Of a stretch of DNA of 29,692 nt, positions 1 through 8,667 are shown in pieces. Both the position numbers and the translations under genes were made by a program. The notes below the pieces were generated by a model. It was given only the letters and a program-made list of their open reading frames with translations. It had not been told where the DNA came from and made no database searches. The first letter of the stretch is position 1; each line of letters opens with the position of its first letter. The stretch lies in contig JAQBYK010000001.1 of NCBI GenBank assembly GCA_027622635.1, forward strand, positions 1 to 29,692. The letters are read 5' to 3'. Source of the DNA: a bacterium (GTDB lineage Bacteria; Patescibacteriota; Gracilibacteria; UBA1369; LOWO2-01-FULL-3).

Positions 1-2
1 AA

Positions 3-713
3 CTTTGGGGAAATATCAGAAATTTAGTCAAATTTGGTGCTTCTGAGGATGAAATTTGGGCTGCCATTGAAGCTATACAAAACAGTCTTGATGATATCGA
101 TTATGAAAATGTTTTTGGAGAGAATTCTGTAGAATTCTACGACGTAGAGTTTGGAGAAAATCCGGCCTGGTATTGGGATGATGTTATGACTACGCGGAAG
201 AAGGGCATAATAAACGGGTATAGCGATGATGATGGATTGACTGGTTACTTTGGACCTGGAGACAATGTAACCTATGCAGAGGCGCTTAAGATGACCTTGG
301 AAGCTGCAGGATATGGAGAGGCATCTCACAATGAAAACATATTTTGGTATGAGGGATATCTTGTTAGATTGGACGAGCTTTCTCTACCCGGGCTTAATCG
401 TGGAAGTTATGAGTGGAATGCCACTGCACCTCGGGGAGACATTCTTATGATGGTAAATGGCATTTTCGGATTGGAAGCCGTTGATTATGTGGATGGCACA
501 TTCCCGGATGTATCCGCTAGTGACTCAATTGCAGATGACGCAATGGCATCTTACTTGGCCGGAATATTTACCGGTGCCGGCGAAACGGGAAATCTTAATC
601 CAAATGACTTTATAGATAGGGCATCTTTTGCTAAAGTGATTAACGTTGGATATGATTATTTATCAGATGAAAACTTTACAGATACACTAAAGACATTTAA
701 TCAAAAATTGTAA
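3..713 (+). CDS. S-layer homology (SLH) domain surface protein, 5'-partial (frame open to window edge)
   Basis: Frame is open from nt 3 (LWGNIRNLVKF...), so the 186 start in the ORF track is internal. SLH-like repeats: FYDVEFG..AWY..VMTTRKKGIINGY..GYFGPGDNVTYAEALKM and FPDVSASDSIADDAMASYLAGIFTG..GNLNPNDFIDRASFAKVI. Confidence 0.8.
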   Translation, partial: LWGNIRNLVKFGASEDEIWAAIEAIQNSLDDIDYENVFGENSVEFYDVEFGENPAWYWDDVMTTRKKGIINGYSDDDGLTGYFGPGDNVTYAEALKMTLEAAGYGEASHNENIFWYEGYLVRLDELSLPGLNRGSYEWNATAPRGDILMMVNGIFGLEAVDYVDGTFPDVSASDSIADDAMASYLAGIFTGAGETGNLNPNDFIDRASFAKVINVGYDYLSDENFTDTLKTFNQKL

Positions 714-1093
714 TGAATCAAAAAGAAACAGGTCGCTACATAGCCCTGGCAGGTGCAGCCCTTGTCCTAATAGGCGGAGCATTTGACTGGGATCATGCAG
801 CGGGGTTTCACCTAAAAGCATATGAAGCTCCGGATTGGATGATAGCTGCGGGTGCGGCAGTGATTGCAATACTATTTCTCTTAATCAAGAAAATACCAAT
901 TTGGATTTCTTTGTTCTTCATTGCAATAGTCATAGCGGTTGGGGTATTTGATTTTTATGCGATCATGAGTACGAATTCCGATGAAGGAATAAGGATAAGC
1001 GTTGGGCAAGGTCTTTATCTTACAATCGCAGGCGGTATCCTCGCGACAATCGGAATAATTTCGCACATAGTGAAGAACAAAAGTGCAGAATAA
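713..1093 (+). CDS. Small hypothetical membrane protein (about 4 TM segments)
   Basis: 126 aa with four hydrophobic stretches. Its start overlaps the upstream stop (TAATG), suggesting translational coupling. Confidence 0.7.
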   Translation: MNQKETGRYIALAGAALVLIGGAFDWDHAAGFHLKAYEAPDWMIAAGAAVIAILFLLIKKIPIWISLFFIAIVIAVGVFDFYAIMSTNSDEGIRISVGQGLYLTIAGGILATIGIISHIVKNKSAE

Positions 1094-1094
1094 C

Positions 1095-1122
1095 TTTACA
1101 AAAAAAAGATCTCTGCTAATAT
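1095..1122 (+). promoter_or_regulatory. Sigma70-type promoter of the ilv leader/operon
   Basis: TTTACA (1095-1100), 16 nt spacer, TGc-TAATAT (-10 at 1117-1122, extended TG at 1114-1115). The predicted start site (about 1129-1130) coincides with the leader ATG. Confidence 0.6.
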
Positions 1123-1129
1123 CAACACA

Positions 1130-1177
1130 ATGAAACGTCTCATACTAATTATTTCAGTGCTAATTATTATCCTCTAG
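1130..1177 (+). CDS. ilvL: ilv operon leader (attenuator) peptide MKRLILIISVLIIIL
   Basis: ATG AAA CGT CTC ATA CTA ATT ATT TCA GTG CTA ATT ATT ATC CTC TAG: 15 aa, 11 of them Ile (6), Leu (4) or Val (1), no Thr. Lies directly upstream of a terminator and the ilv genes. Too short for the ORF track. Confidence 0.88.
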   Translation: MKRLILIISVLIIIL

Positions 1178-1203
1178 TCCAGAGAGACGTTTGCATTAAA
1201 AGT

Positions 1204-1237
1204 AAAAACCTCTCTGCACTGCAAAGAGGATTTTTTT
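1204..1237 (+). terminator. Intrinsic terminator of the attenuator
   Basis: AAAAA-CCTCT-C-TGC-act-GCA-A-AGAGG-A-TTTTTTT. Confidence 0.85.
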
Positions 1238-1239
1238 AT

Positions 1240-1287
1240 TTGAAAATTGTAATGTTTGAAAATTGAAAATTATAAATTGTAAATTAA
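1240..1287. repeat. AT-rich imperfect tandem heptamer run ((T/G)AAAATT / TAAATT)
   Basis: ttgaaaattgtaatgtttgaaaattgaaaattataaattgtaaatt between the terminator and the thrC start. A similar run occurs at about 20403-20426. Confidence 0.5.
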
Positions 1288-1291
1288 TTAT

Positions 1292-3130
1292 ATGGTCACA
1301 CTAAACGAAAATTTCTACACCCTTCAATGCATAAACTGCAAAGCGGAATTTGATGAGCACACAACCTGCACAAAGTGCCTCAAATGTGGCTGTTCTCTTG
1401 ACGTAATCTACAACTATGATTTTATTAAGCAGCGATTAAATCTCTACGCGCTCAAGCATTCGCCCATATCGGCACTAAAATACCTGACATTCTATCCGAT
1501 CATAGATTTATCGAAAATCATCACTTTAAACGAAGGTGGAACACCACTTCACCACTGCAAAAATCTTTCAAAAAAATATAAACTAAACAATCTTTTCATA
1601 AAAAATGAAGGAGCAAACCCAACCGGAGTATTCAAAGATAGAGGCACACTTGTAGAAATAACGAAAGCCCAGGAAATGGGGGCAAAAGCGGTTTGTTTTG
1701 CATCAACAGGAAACATGGCTGCATCTGTAGCCGCCTATTGTACTCAGGCAAAACTTCCTTGCTACGTTTTGGTACCGGAAGGAACCCCAATCGGAAAATT
1801 GGCGCAAACACTTTCATATGGCGCAAGAATAATCCAGGTACGTGGCACATACTCTCAGTGTTCTAAATTGGCCGAACAAATGGCCAAGAAGCACGGCTTC
1901 TTTTTGGCGGGAGATTATGCGTTCAGACTTGAAGGTCAAAAATCTCAGGCATACGAAATAGCCGAACAGCTGGGTTGGAAAGCTCCTGATTATCTCGTGT
2001 GCCCGGTTGGAGTAGGCACAAACATATCGGCAATTTGGAAAGGATTCAGTGAGCTTCATAAATTAGACTTAATCGACAAGCTCCCAAAAATAATAGCGGT
2101 ACAACCTGATGGATGTGATGTTGTTGTTCGAGCCTTTAATTCCAAAAGCAAAAAATTAGTGGAAATCGAAAAACCAAACACCGTGTGTAGCGCAGTCGCG
2201 GTTTCAATGCCATTCGATGGAATGAAAGTACTAAAAGCTCTAAAAGATTCCGGTGGTTGTGGAGTTAGCATACCTGACGAAGAAGTTCTGGCAATTGAGC
2301 AAACTTTAGCCAGAGAAGAGGCTATATTTGTTGAACCGTCGGGTGCTCTTCCTCTTGCCGCAGTGGCAAAGTTAAGTGAGAAAGGATTCTTTAAAAAAGA
2401 TGACACCATTGTTTGTGTGGCAACAGGTAATGGGCTCAAAGACCCAAAATCCGCGGTAAAAATTATTCCGGACCCTCCCACAATTGATCCCGAATTATCA
2501 GAAGTAGACAATTACCTTAAATACAAACTTTATCAAATCCAATCCGAGGGGGTTAAAAATCGAAGTAAAATTCTTTGGAAAAAAATTCCTTCGGAAAAAG
2601 ATTTAAAAAAGATTGTCCATGATGAATTCGGAATCAATTTAAGTAAGGCGGTATTGAAAGGCACTACTGATAGCATCAAAAAATTTGAGACAAAAGGCAA
2701 GAAGATAAATAAACAAGATATTCAAAATATTATTGAAGAACAGCTGGACGAATATAATCAGAAGGAAAAACATCTCAAGATAATAGATTTCGAAGTTAAA
2801 ACTTCTAAATACAAAGAGGCGGAGGCAAGTATTAAACTAAGCTATGGAAATAAAATACTTATTGAGCAGGCCAAGGGTGTAGGTGCGGTAGATGCGATAA
2901 TAAGTGCTCTAAAAAAAGCCATCAAAGGTCACGATAAACTGGAAATAAAACTAATAGACTACAATGTTGAAATATTCACGGGCGGTGTTGAAGCAGCAGT
3001 GAAAGTTGTTATGACCGCTATTGATAAAAATGGAAATCGTATCATCGCACAGGCTACATCACCTGACGTAATCGTAGCCTCGGTAAGTGCTTTTGAGAAA
3101 TGCTACAACTTCCTATACCACAGAAAATAA
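1292..3130 (+). CDS. thrC: Threonine-synthase-like PLP enzyme fused to a C-terminal LeuA/CimA-type allosteric (dimerisation) domain
   Basis: N-terminal CxxC..CxxC zinc ribbon; KNEGANPTGVFKDRG (PLP Lys115), ASTGN, RLEGQKS, FVEPSGA, TGNGLKDP (fold-type II ThrC, to about aa 385). Aa 494-612 match the LeuA_dimer pattern GVGAVDAIISAL..IKLIDYNV..GGVEAAVKV..ATSPDVIVASVSAF..N. Confidence 0.85.
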   Translation: MVTLNENFYTLQCINCKAEFDEHTTCTKCLKCGCSLDVIYNYDFIKQRLNLYALKHSPISALKYLTFYPIIDLSKIITLNEGGTPLHHCKNLSKKYKLNNLFIKNEGANPTGVFKDRGTLVEITKAQEMGAKAVCFASTGNMAASVAAYCTQAKLPCYVLVPEGTPIGKLAQTLSYGARIIQVRGTYSQCSKLAEQMAKKHGFFLAGDYAFRLEGQKSQAYEIAEQLGWKAPDYLVCPVGVGTNISAIWKGFSELHKLDLIDKLPKIIAVQPDGCDVVVRAFNSKSKKLVEIEKPNTVCSAVAVSMPFDGMKVLKALKDSGGCGVSIPDEEVLAIEQTLAREEAIFVEPSGALPLAAVAKLSEKGFFKKDDTIVCVATGNGLKDPKSAVKIIPDPPTIDPELSEVDNYLKYKLYQIQSEGVKNRSKILWKKIPSEKDLKKIVHDEFGINLSKAVLKGTTDSIKKFETKGKKINKQDIQNIIEEQLDEYNQKEKHLKIIDFEVKTSKYKEAEASIKLSYGNKILIEQAKGVGAVDAIISALKKAIKGHDKLEIKLIDYNVEIFTGGVEAAVKVVMTAIDKNGNRIIAQATSPDVIVASVSAFEKCYNFLYHRK

Positions 3131-3142
3131 ACCAAACTATAA

Positions 3143-4066
3143 ATGTCTAAAACTTTTCCCTACACATACATAAAAGGAAGAACAACTAGGACAAAAGACG
3201 CAAAAGTGCCTATCCAATGCAAGGCCATTCAATATGGACTTGGTTGCTTTACCGGCATTCGCGGATTCTGGCATAAGAAAAAAAAGAATCTTTATCTATT
3301 CAGACTTGAAGATCACTACAAAAGACTTAAGAATTCTTCCAAACTTTTGGGAATGAAATTCGACTACACATATCCGGAGTTCAGAGAGATCATTTTTAAA
3401 TTGGTAAAACGCAATAAGGTCAAAGAAGACCTATATATAAGACCAACTCTATATGCGGCATCAACACTTCTCACACCTCGTTTTGATAACCCGGATGACG
3501 ATCTTGCCATTTACATGATATCTCTAAAAAATTATTTCAAAGCAGATCGAGGATTAAATGTTTGTATTAGCAGCTGGACCAGATTTAGTGACGACATCAT
3601 TCCGACAAAAGCAAAAAGTACCGGTGCATATGCCAATGGTGCGCTCGCAAAAACAGAAGCTTTGAGAAAAGGTTTCGATGAGCCAATATTCTTAGACGCA
3701 AAAGGCAATGTATGCGAAGCCAGTGGCGCCAACATTTTTGGCATAAAGAATGGAGTGATCTGGACTCCACCAACGACAGCCAGCATTTTAAACGGAATTA
3801 CTCGTGACAGCTTAATCAAACTCGCAAGGAAAGAACTCAAACTAAAAGTTGAAGAGAAAAATTTCAAGAAGGAAAAGCTATTTCAATTTGATGAATTATT
3901 CTTGTCGGGCACAGCAGCGAAAATCACTCCGGTAGCAAGTGTGGATAAAAAGAAAATTGGAAATGCATCGCTGGGTCCAATTACCGCGCAACTAAAAACA
4001 CTATATGACAAAGCTGTAATGACTGACCTAAAAGGTTACGAGAAATGGTGTACATCTATATATTAA
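3143..4066 (+). CDS. ilvE: Branched-chain amino acid aminotransferase
   Basis: [30 protein letters not shown] (PLP Lys), [23 protein letters not shown]: fold-type IV aminotransferase, in ilv context. Confidence 0.92.
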   Translation: MSKTFPYTYIKGRTTRTKDAKVPIQCKAIQYGLGCFTGIRGFWHKKKKNLYLFRLEDHYKRLKNSSKLLGMKFDYTYPEFREIIFKLVKRNKVKEDLYIRPTLYAASTLLTPRFDNPDDDLAIYMISLKNYFKADRGLNVCISSWTRFSDDIIPTKAKSTGAYANGALAKTEALRKGFDEPIFLDAKGNVCEASGANIFGIKNGVIWTPPTTASILNGITRDSLIKLARKELKLKVEEKNFKKEKLFQFDELFLSGTAAKITPVASVDKKKIGNASLGPITAQLKTLYDKAVMTDLKGYEKWCTSIY

Positions 4067-4073
4067 ATTAATC

Positions 4074-5759
4074 ATGACTAATCAAAATCTCAAAAAAAGG
4101 AGTTCACTTATGACGGATGGAGACGCTCGTGCTCCAAGTCGCGCTATGCTTCGTGGCACAGGATTTAAGGACGAAGATTTTAAAAAACCACTAATAGGGG
4201 TTGCCAGTTGTTGGAGTGAAATCACAACTTGTAATATGCACCTGGACAAATTAGCAAAGAGTGCAAGGGATGGAGTTTGGGATAACGAAGGGGCAGCGCA
4301 AATATTCGGGACAATCACAGTTTCCGATGGTATTTCCATGGGACATGAAGGTATGAAGTATTCACTTGTAAGCCGCGAAGTAATTGCTGACTCAATTGAG
4401 ACGGTTGCCGGCGCGCAGCGCTTTGATGGCCTGATTTGTGTAGGTGGTTGTGACAAGAATATGCCCGGATCCCTTATGGCAATCGCCAGAGTAAACGCAC
4501 CTGCAATATTCATATACGGAGGAACAATAATGCCGGGTAAATTTGAAGGAAAAGACATCGACATAGTTAGTATTTTCGAAGCCGTTGGCAAATTCCAGTC
4601 CAAAAAAATAGACGAAAAAGAATTTCACGAAATTGAATGCAATGCCTGCCCGGGGCCGGGATCATGTGGTGGCATGTACACCGCAAATACAATGTCATCA
4701 GCAATCGAAGCACTTGGGATGGCTTTGCCATATGGATCTACAACACCTGGAATTTCAACTGAAAAATTAGAAGAATGCGAAAAAGCGGGGAAACAAGTTC
4801 TGGAACTAATCAAAAACAACATCACTCCGGACAAAATTATGACAAAAAAAGCATTTGAAAATGCAATTACGGTAGCCCTGGTACTGGGTGGATCAACAAA
4901 TGCGGTTCTACATTTGTTAGCCATGGCTCATTGTATTGGGGTAGAGCTAAACTTAGAAGACTTCAATCGCTTGTCGGATAAAACCCCACAACTGGCAAAT
5001 CTAAAACCGGGAGGAAAATATGTGACAGTCGATCTACATCGTATAGGAGGACTTCCCGCTGTCATGAAAACGCTACTTGATGCAGGAATGATCCACGGAG
5101 AATGTATGACTGTTACTGGAAAAACTGTTGCGGAAAATTTAGAAAACGTTTCACATTTTTCAAAAGATCAGGACGTTGTTATGCAACTGGAAAATCCAAT
5201 AACCAAAACCGGCCCATTTGCAATATTGCACGGGAATCTGGCGCCTGAAGGTGCGGTTGTAAAAATTAAGGGACTAAAAGCAACCAAGCACAGTGGCCCT
5301 GCAAAAATTTATGATTGTGAAGAAGATGCATTCCACGCGATTGAGCAAGACAAAGTAAAAGCCGGTGACACAGTGGTAATAAGACATGAAGGACCCAAGG
5401 GCGGCCCGGGAATGCGCGAAATGCTGTCAGTCACCTCGGCACTAATCGGCAAAGGGATTGGCCACGAAGTTGCGCTTATTACAGATGGTCGCTTCTCAGG
5501 TGGAAGTCATGGATTCATCATAGGACACACAGCCCCGGAGGCATATGTTGGTGGACCTATCGCACTAATCAAGGACGGCGACATCATCAACATAGATTTG
5601 GAAAATAAATCAATGGACGTAGAACTCAGTGAAGAAGAGCTCGCAAAGCGCCTTGAAAACTGGACAAAACCGGCCCCTAAGTATAAATTTGGGGTCTTAC
5701 GCAAGTATATTGAAACAGTCGGCTCACCAAAATACGGTGCTATCACAGATAAATTTTAA
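4074..5759 (+). CDS. ilvD: Dihydroxy-acid dehydratase
   Basis: [73 protein letters not shown]. Confidence 0.97.
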   Translation: MTNQNLKKRSSLMTDGDARAPSRAMLRGTGFKDEDFKKPLIGVASCWSEITTCNMHLDKLAKSARDGVWDNEGAAQIFGTITVSDGISMGHEGMKYSLVSREVIADSIETVAGAQRFDGLICVGGCDKNMPGSLMAIARVNAPAIFIYGGTIMPGKFEGKDIDIVSIFEAVGKFQSKKIDEKEFHEIECNACPGPGSCGGMYTANTMSSAIEALGMALPYGSTTPGISTEKLEECEKAGKQVLELIKNNITPDKIMTKKAFENAITVALVLGGSTNAVLHLLAMAHCIGVELNLEDFNRLSDKTPQLANLKPGGKYVTVDLHRIGGLPAVMKTLLDAGMIHGECMTVTGKTVAENLENVSHFSKDQDVVMQLENPITKTGPFAILHGNLAPEGAVVKIKGLKATKHSGPAKIYDCEEDAFHAIEQDKVKAGDTVVIRHEGPKGGPGMREMLSVTSALIGKGIGHEVALITDGRFSGGSHGFIIGHTAPEAYVGGPIALIKDGDIINIDLENKSMDVELSEEELAKRLENWTKPAPKYKFGVLRKYIETVGSPKYGAITDKF

Positions 5760-5773
5760 TTAACCTAAAAACC

Positions 5774-6820
5774 ATGACAAAATTAAATTTCGGAGGCAAA
5801 GACGAAGAAGTTGTTACACGCGAAGAACTTCCTCTATCAAAGGCACAAGAAATATTGAAAGACGAAACTATCGCAGTCTTAGGCTACGGAGTGCAAGGGC
5901 CGGGTCAAGCAATGAACCTAAAAGACAACGGCATCAATGTAATAATCGGCCAAAGAAAAGGCGGTGATTCATGGGAAAAGGCCCTTAAAGACGGATGGGT
6001 GGAAGGCGAAACACTTTTTGAGCTTGAAGAAGCGGCAGAAAAGGGAACCGTATTAATGTATTTACTTTCAGATGCGGGACAGAAAATGTGTTGGCATAAG
6101 GTGCGACAGCACCTTAAAAAGGGAAATGCGCTATATTTCTCACATGGTTTTTCGATAGTTTACAAAGACCAAACCGGAGTTATACCACCGGAAGACGTGG
6201 ATGTGATTCTTGTCGCACCAAAAGGACCGGGAGGGAAACTAAGAGAACTCTTCCTAAAAGGAGAAGGTGTTAATTCAAGTTTTGCCATTCACCGGGACGC
6301 TACCGGTAATGCAAGAGATCGCGCTCTCGCACTTGGTATCGCGGTCGGATCAGGGTTCTTATTTGAAACTACATTTGAAAAAGAAGTTGTAAGCGATTTA
6401 ACAGGCGAAAGAGGTGTCCTTATGGGGGCAATAGCTGGAATAATGGAGGCTCAGTACAACATTCTTAGAAAAAACGGACACAGCCCATCAGAAGCTTTTA
6501 ACGAGACTGTTGAAGAAGCCACTCAAAGTTTAATTCCTTTAATAGGAGAAAACGGAATGGATTGGATGTACGCAAATTGCTCCACGACAGCTCAGAGAGG
6601 TGCATTGGATTGGAGACACAAATTCCGCGAGGCCACAGAACCGGTATTTGAAAAACTATATGACAGCGTCAAAACGGGAAAAGAAACAGAGATTGTACTT
6701 AAAGCGAATAGCGATCCAAATTATAAAGAAAAACTGAAAGAAGAACTCGACGAAATGGCAAAGTCGGAAATGTGGCAGGCAGGACGTACAGTTAGATCCT
6801 TGCGGCCAAAAGCCAGTTAA
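5774..6820 (+). CDS. ilvC: Ketol-acid reductoisomerase (Bacteroidetes/fungal Ilv5-like type)
   Basis: GYGVQGPGQ Rossmann motif, YFSHGF, VAPKGPG, SDLTGERGVLMG, EAFNETVEE, NCSTTAQRGALDW; N-terminal LNFGGKDEEVVTREE extension. Confidence 0.95.
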   Translation: MTKLNFGGKDEEVVTREELPLSKAQEILKDETIAVLGYGVQGPGQAMNLKDNGINVIIGQRKGGDSWEKALKDGWVEGETLFELEEAAEKGTVLMYLLSDAGQKMCWHKVRQHLKKGNALYFSHGFSIVYKDQTGVIPPEDVDVILVAPKGPGGKLRELFLKGEGVNSSFAIHRDATGNARDRALALGIAVGSGFLFETTFEKEVVSDLTGERGVLMGAIAGIMEAQYNILRKNGHSPSEAFNETVEEATQSLIPLIGENGMDWMYANCSTTAQRGALDWRHKFREATEPVFEKLYDSVKTGKETEIVLKANSDPNYKEKLKEELDEMAKSEMWQAGRTVRSLRPKAS

Positions 6821-6828
6821 GAAATCAG

Positions 6829-8667
6829 ATGCTAAAAACTAAATCACAAAAAGTGAAAAAAGAAGCAATCAAACCCCATAACAGGGCAAACATAACGCAC
6901 AACATACCAAAAACTCTAACGGGAGCAGACTTGTTTTGCCAAGCCCTTGCGGACCAAGGTGTTGAGATAATGTTTGGAATACCGGGAGGAGTTGTTTTAC
7001 CACTTTATGATAGAATAAATAAGTATGGTCATCATATCAGGCATATATTACCAAGCCACGAACAAGGTGGAGGATTTGCAGCGGACGGCTACGCCAGAGT
7101 TACGGGCGAAGTGGGAGTAGCCCTTGGAACATCCGGGCCGGGTGCCACAAATCTCATGACCGCAATTGCAAATTCGATGATGGATTCTGTGCCAACTGTG
7201 TATATAACCGGACAGGTTGTTGAAAATTTCATTGGCACAGACGCATTCCAGGAAACGGACGTAATCGGGATGTCTATGCCGATTGTTAAGCATAGCTATC
7301 TGGTGACCCAAGCAAGGGACATTTCACGAGTAGTAAAAGAAGCATTTTATATCGCGAAAACGGGACGCCCGGGCCCGGTTCACATTGATCTGGTGAAAGA
7401 CATCTGGTTTCAGGAGGCAAAGTACAAGTCGGATCCAAAGATGGACTTGCCGGGCTATAGTCCCATTGCTGAACATTGCAGCGATCGTGATATTGCAAAG
7501 CTGGATATTCTTTTAGAAAAAAAAGGTGTGAAGCCAATTATTTTTGCAGGGCATGGAGTCGAATTATCGGGAGCCCAGGCAGAGTTGGTAGAATTTGCGG
7601 AGAAGCATAACATACCTGTAGCTTCCACTCTACTGAACTTGGGAAATTTCCCGCAAGGGCATGAACTTTGGGCTGGAATGATAGGAATGCACGGCGATGC
7701 GGTCACAAACTACGCCACACATGACGCAAATCTTATCATCGGCATTGGGTGTCGTTTTGATGACCGTATTACAGGTAAACTTGAGACATTCATAAAGGAC
7801 ACAACATTCGTGCACATGGAAATCGATCCATCCGAAATTGGGAAAATTGTGCCCACAGAATTACCTTTGCCAGGAGATGTAAAAGACTTGTTAACTCGTG
7901 CAAATAAAGTGCTTTCCAATCACACTTTTCCGGACTGGTGGGATCAAATAAACAAATGGAAAAAGAAATATGGTTTTCTCGATTTCAAATTAAATCCTGA
8001 AAACGATAAGAAATTCTTAAGTCAGCCCAGAATAATACAGATGCTATCAGAAATTACTAACGGCGAGGCAATTGTCGCAGCTGATGTAGGTCGTCACCAA
8101 ATGTGGACAGGTCGATTCTATCGTTTCAAAAATCCAAATTCCAATCTCACATCGGGAGGGCTGGGGTCTATGGGGTACGGTTTGCCGGCTGCTATGGGAG
8201 CAAAACTCGGAAAACCGGATCGCGAAGTATGGAATATCTCGGGTGATGGTGGATTTATGATGAATGTACAAGAACTCGCGACTATAGCCGAACACAAAAT
8301 TCCTGTCAAAATTGCAATTATGGAGGACAAAGCACTCGGGATGGTAAGGCAATGGCAAAATCTGCTTTTCAAAGGAAACCTTTCTCATTCCGTATTAACA
8401 AACCCGGATTTCGTAAAATTATCCGAATCCTTTGGCATCCCTGCCTGGCGTGCACACAGCTACAAAGAAGCGGAAAAAGCAATTAAAGAAGCACGAAAAG
8501 TAGATGGGCCGGCTTTGATAACATTCATGGTCGACCCGGACGAACACGTCTACCCAATGGTCCCACCCAATACCGCACTTGGCGATCAAGCCCTTAAAGA
8601 CTCAGATCTATTACAAGATAAAGCCCATAAATATGACGAAGAAGACTTACTACAAGGTCACACTTAG
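6829..8667 (+). CDS. ilvB: Acetolactate synthase (AHAS) large subunit
   Basis: FGIPGG, HEQG (catalytic Glu), TSGPGATN, ITGQV, FQETD, GRPGPVHID, GMIGMHG, RFDDR, SGGLGSMGYGLPAA, GDGGF ThDP motif, LGMVRQWQ. Confidence 0.95.
   Translation: MLKTKSQKVKKEAIKPHNRANITHNIPKTLTGADLFCQALADQGVEIMFGIPGGVVLPLYDRINKYGHHIRHILPSHEQGGGFAADGYARVTGEVGVALGTSGPGATNLMTAIANSMMDSVPTVYITGQVVENFIGTDAFQETDVIGMSMPIVKHSYLVTQARDISRVVKEAFYIAKTGRPGPVHIDLVKDIWFQEAKYKSDPKMDLPGYSPIAEHCSDRDIAKLDILLEKKGVKPIIFAGHGVELSGAQAELVEFAEKHNIPVASTLLNLGNFPQGHELWAGMIGMHGDAVTNYATHDANLIIGIGCRFDDRITGKLETFIKDTTFVHMEIDPSEIGKIVPTELPLPGDVKDLLTRANKVLSNHTFPDWWDQINKWKKKYGFLDFKLNPENDKKFLSQPRIIQMLSEITNGEAIVAADVGRHQMWTGRFYRFKNPNSNLTSGGLGSMGYGLPAAMGAKLGKPDREVWNISGDGGFMMNVQELATIAEHKIPVKIAIMEDKALGMVRQWQNLLFKGNLSHSVLTNPDFVKLSESFGIPAWRAHSYKEAEKAIKEARKVDGPALITFMVDPDEHVYPMVPPNTALGDQALKDSDLLQDKAHKYDEEDLLQGHT

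Larger units (their letters stand above)
1130..1237 (+). promoter_or_regulatory. Ribosome-mediated transcription attenuator (1:2, 2:3 antiterminator, 3:4 terminator)
   Basis: 1:2 = AAACGTCTC (1133-1141) with GAGACGTTT (1184-1192), plus ATG (1130-1132) with CAT (1194-1196). 2:3 = CAGAGAG (1180-1186) with CTCTCTG (1210-1216). 3:4 = CCTCT (1209-1213) with AGAGG (1225-1229), then T7. The pairings are mutually exclusive. Confidence 0.85.

Noticed and set aside
1233-1265. CodY box (AATTTTCWGAAAATT)
   Set aside because: The best matches have four mismatches, only the AT-rich GAAAATT half matches, and CodY is a Firmicutes regulator not expected here.
1094-1291. T-box riboswitch as the ilv regulator
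   Set aside because: No T-box consensus (AGGGTGGNACCGCG-like) or specifier stem is visible, the leader is too short, and the leader peptide with alternative stems explains the region.
1632-8388. Many antisense or alternate-frame ORFs in the ORF track (e.g. 2056-2511, 4082-4603, 13185-13553, 20788-21255)
   Set aside because: They lie wholly within well-supported genes and have no motifs; they are shadows of codon bias.
8579-8632. Longer ilvN start at 8579
   Set aside because: It adds 18 non-homologous residues deep inside ilvB; the ACT domain begins just after the ATG at 8633.
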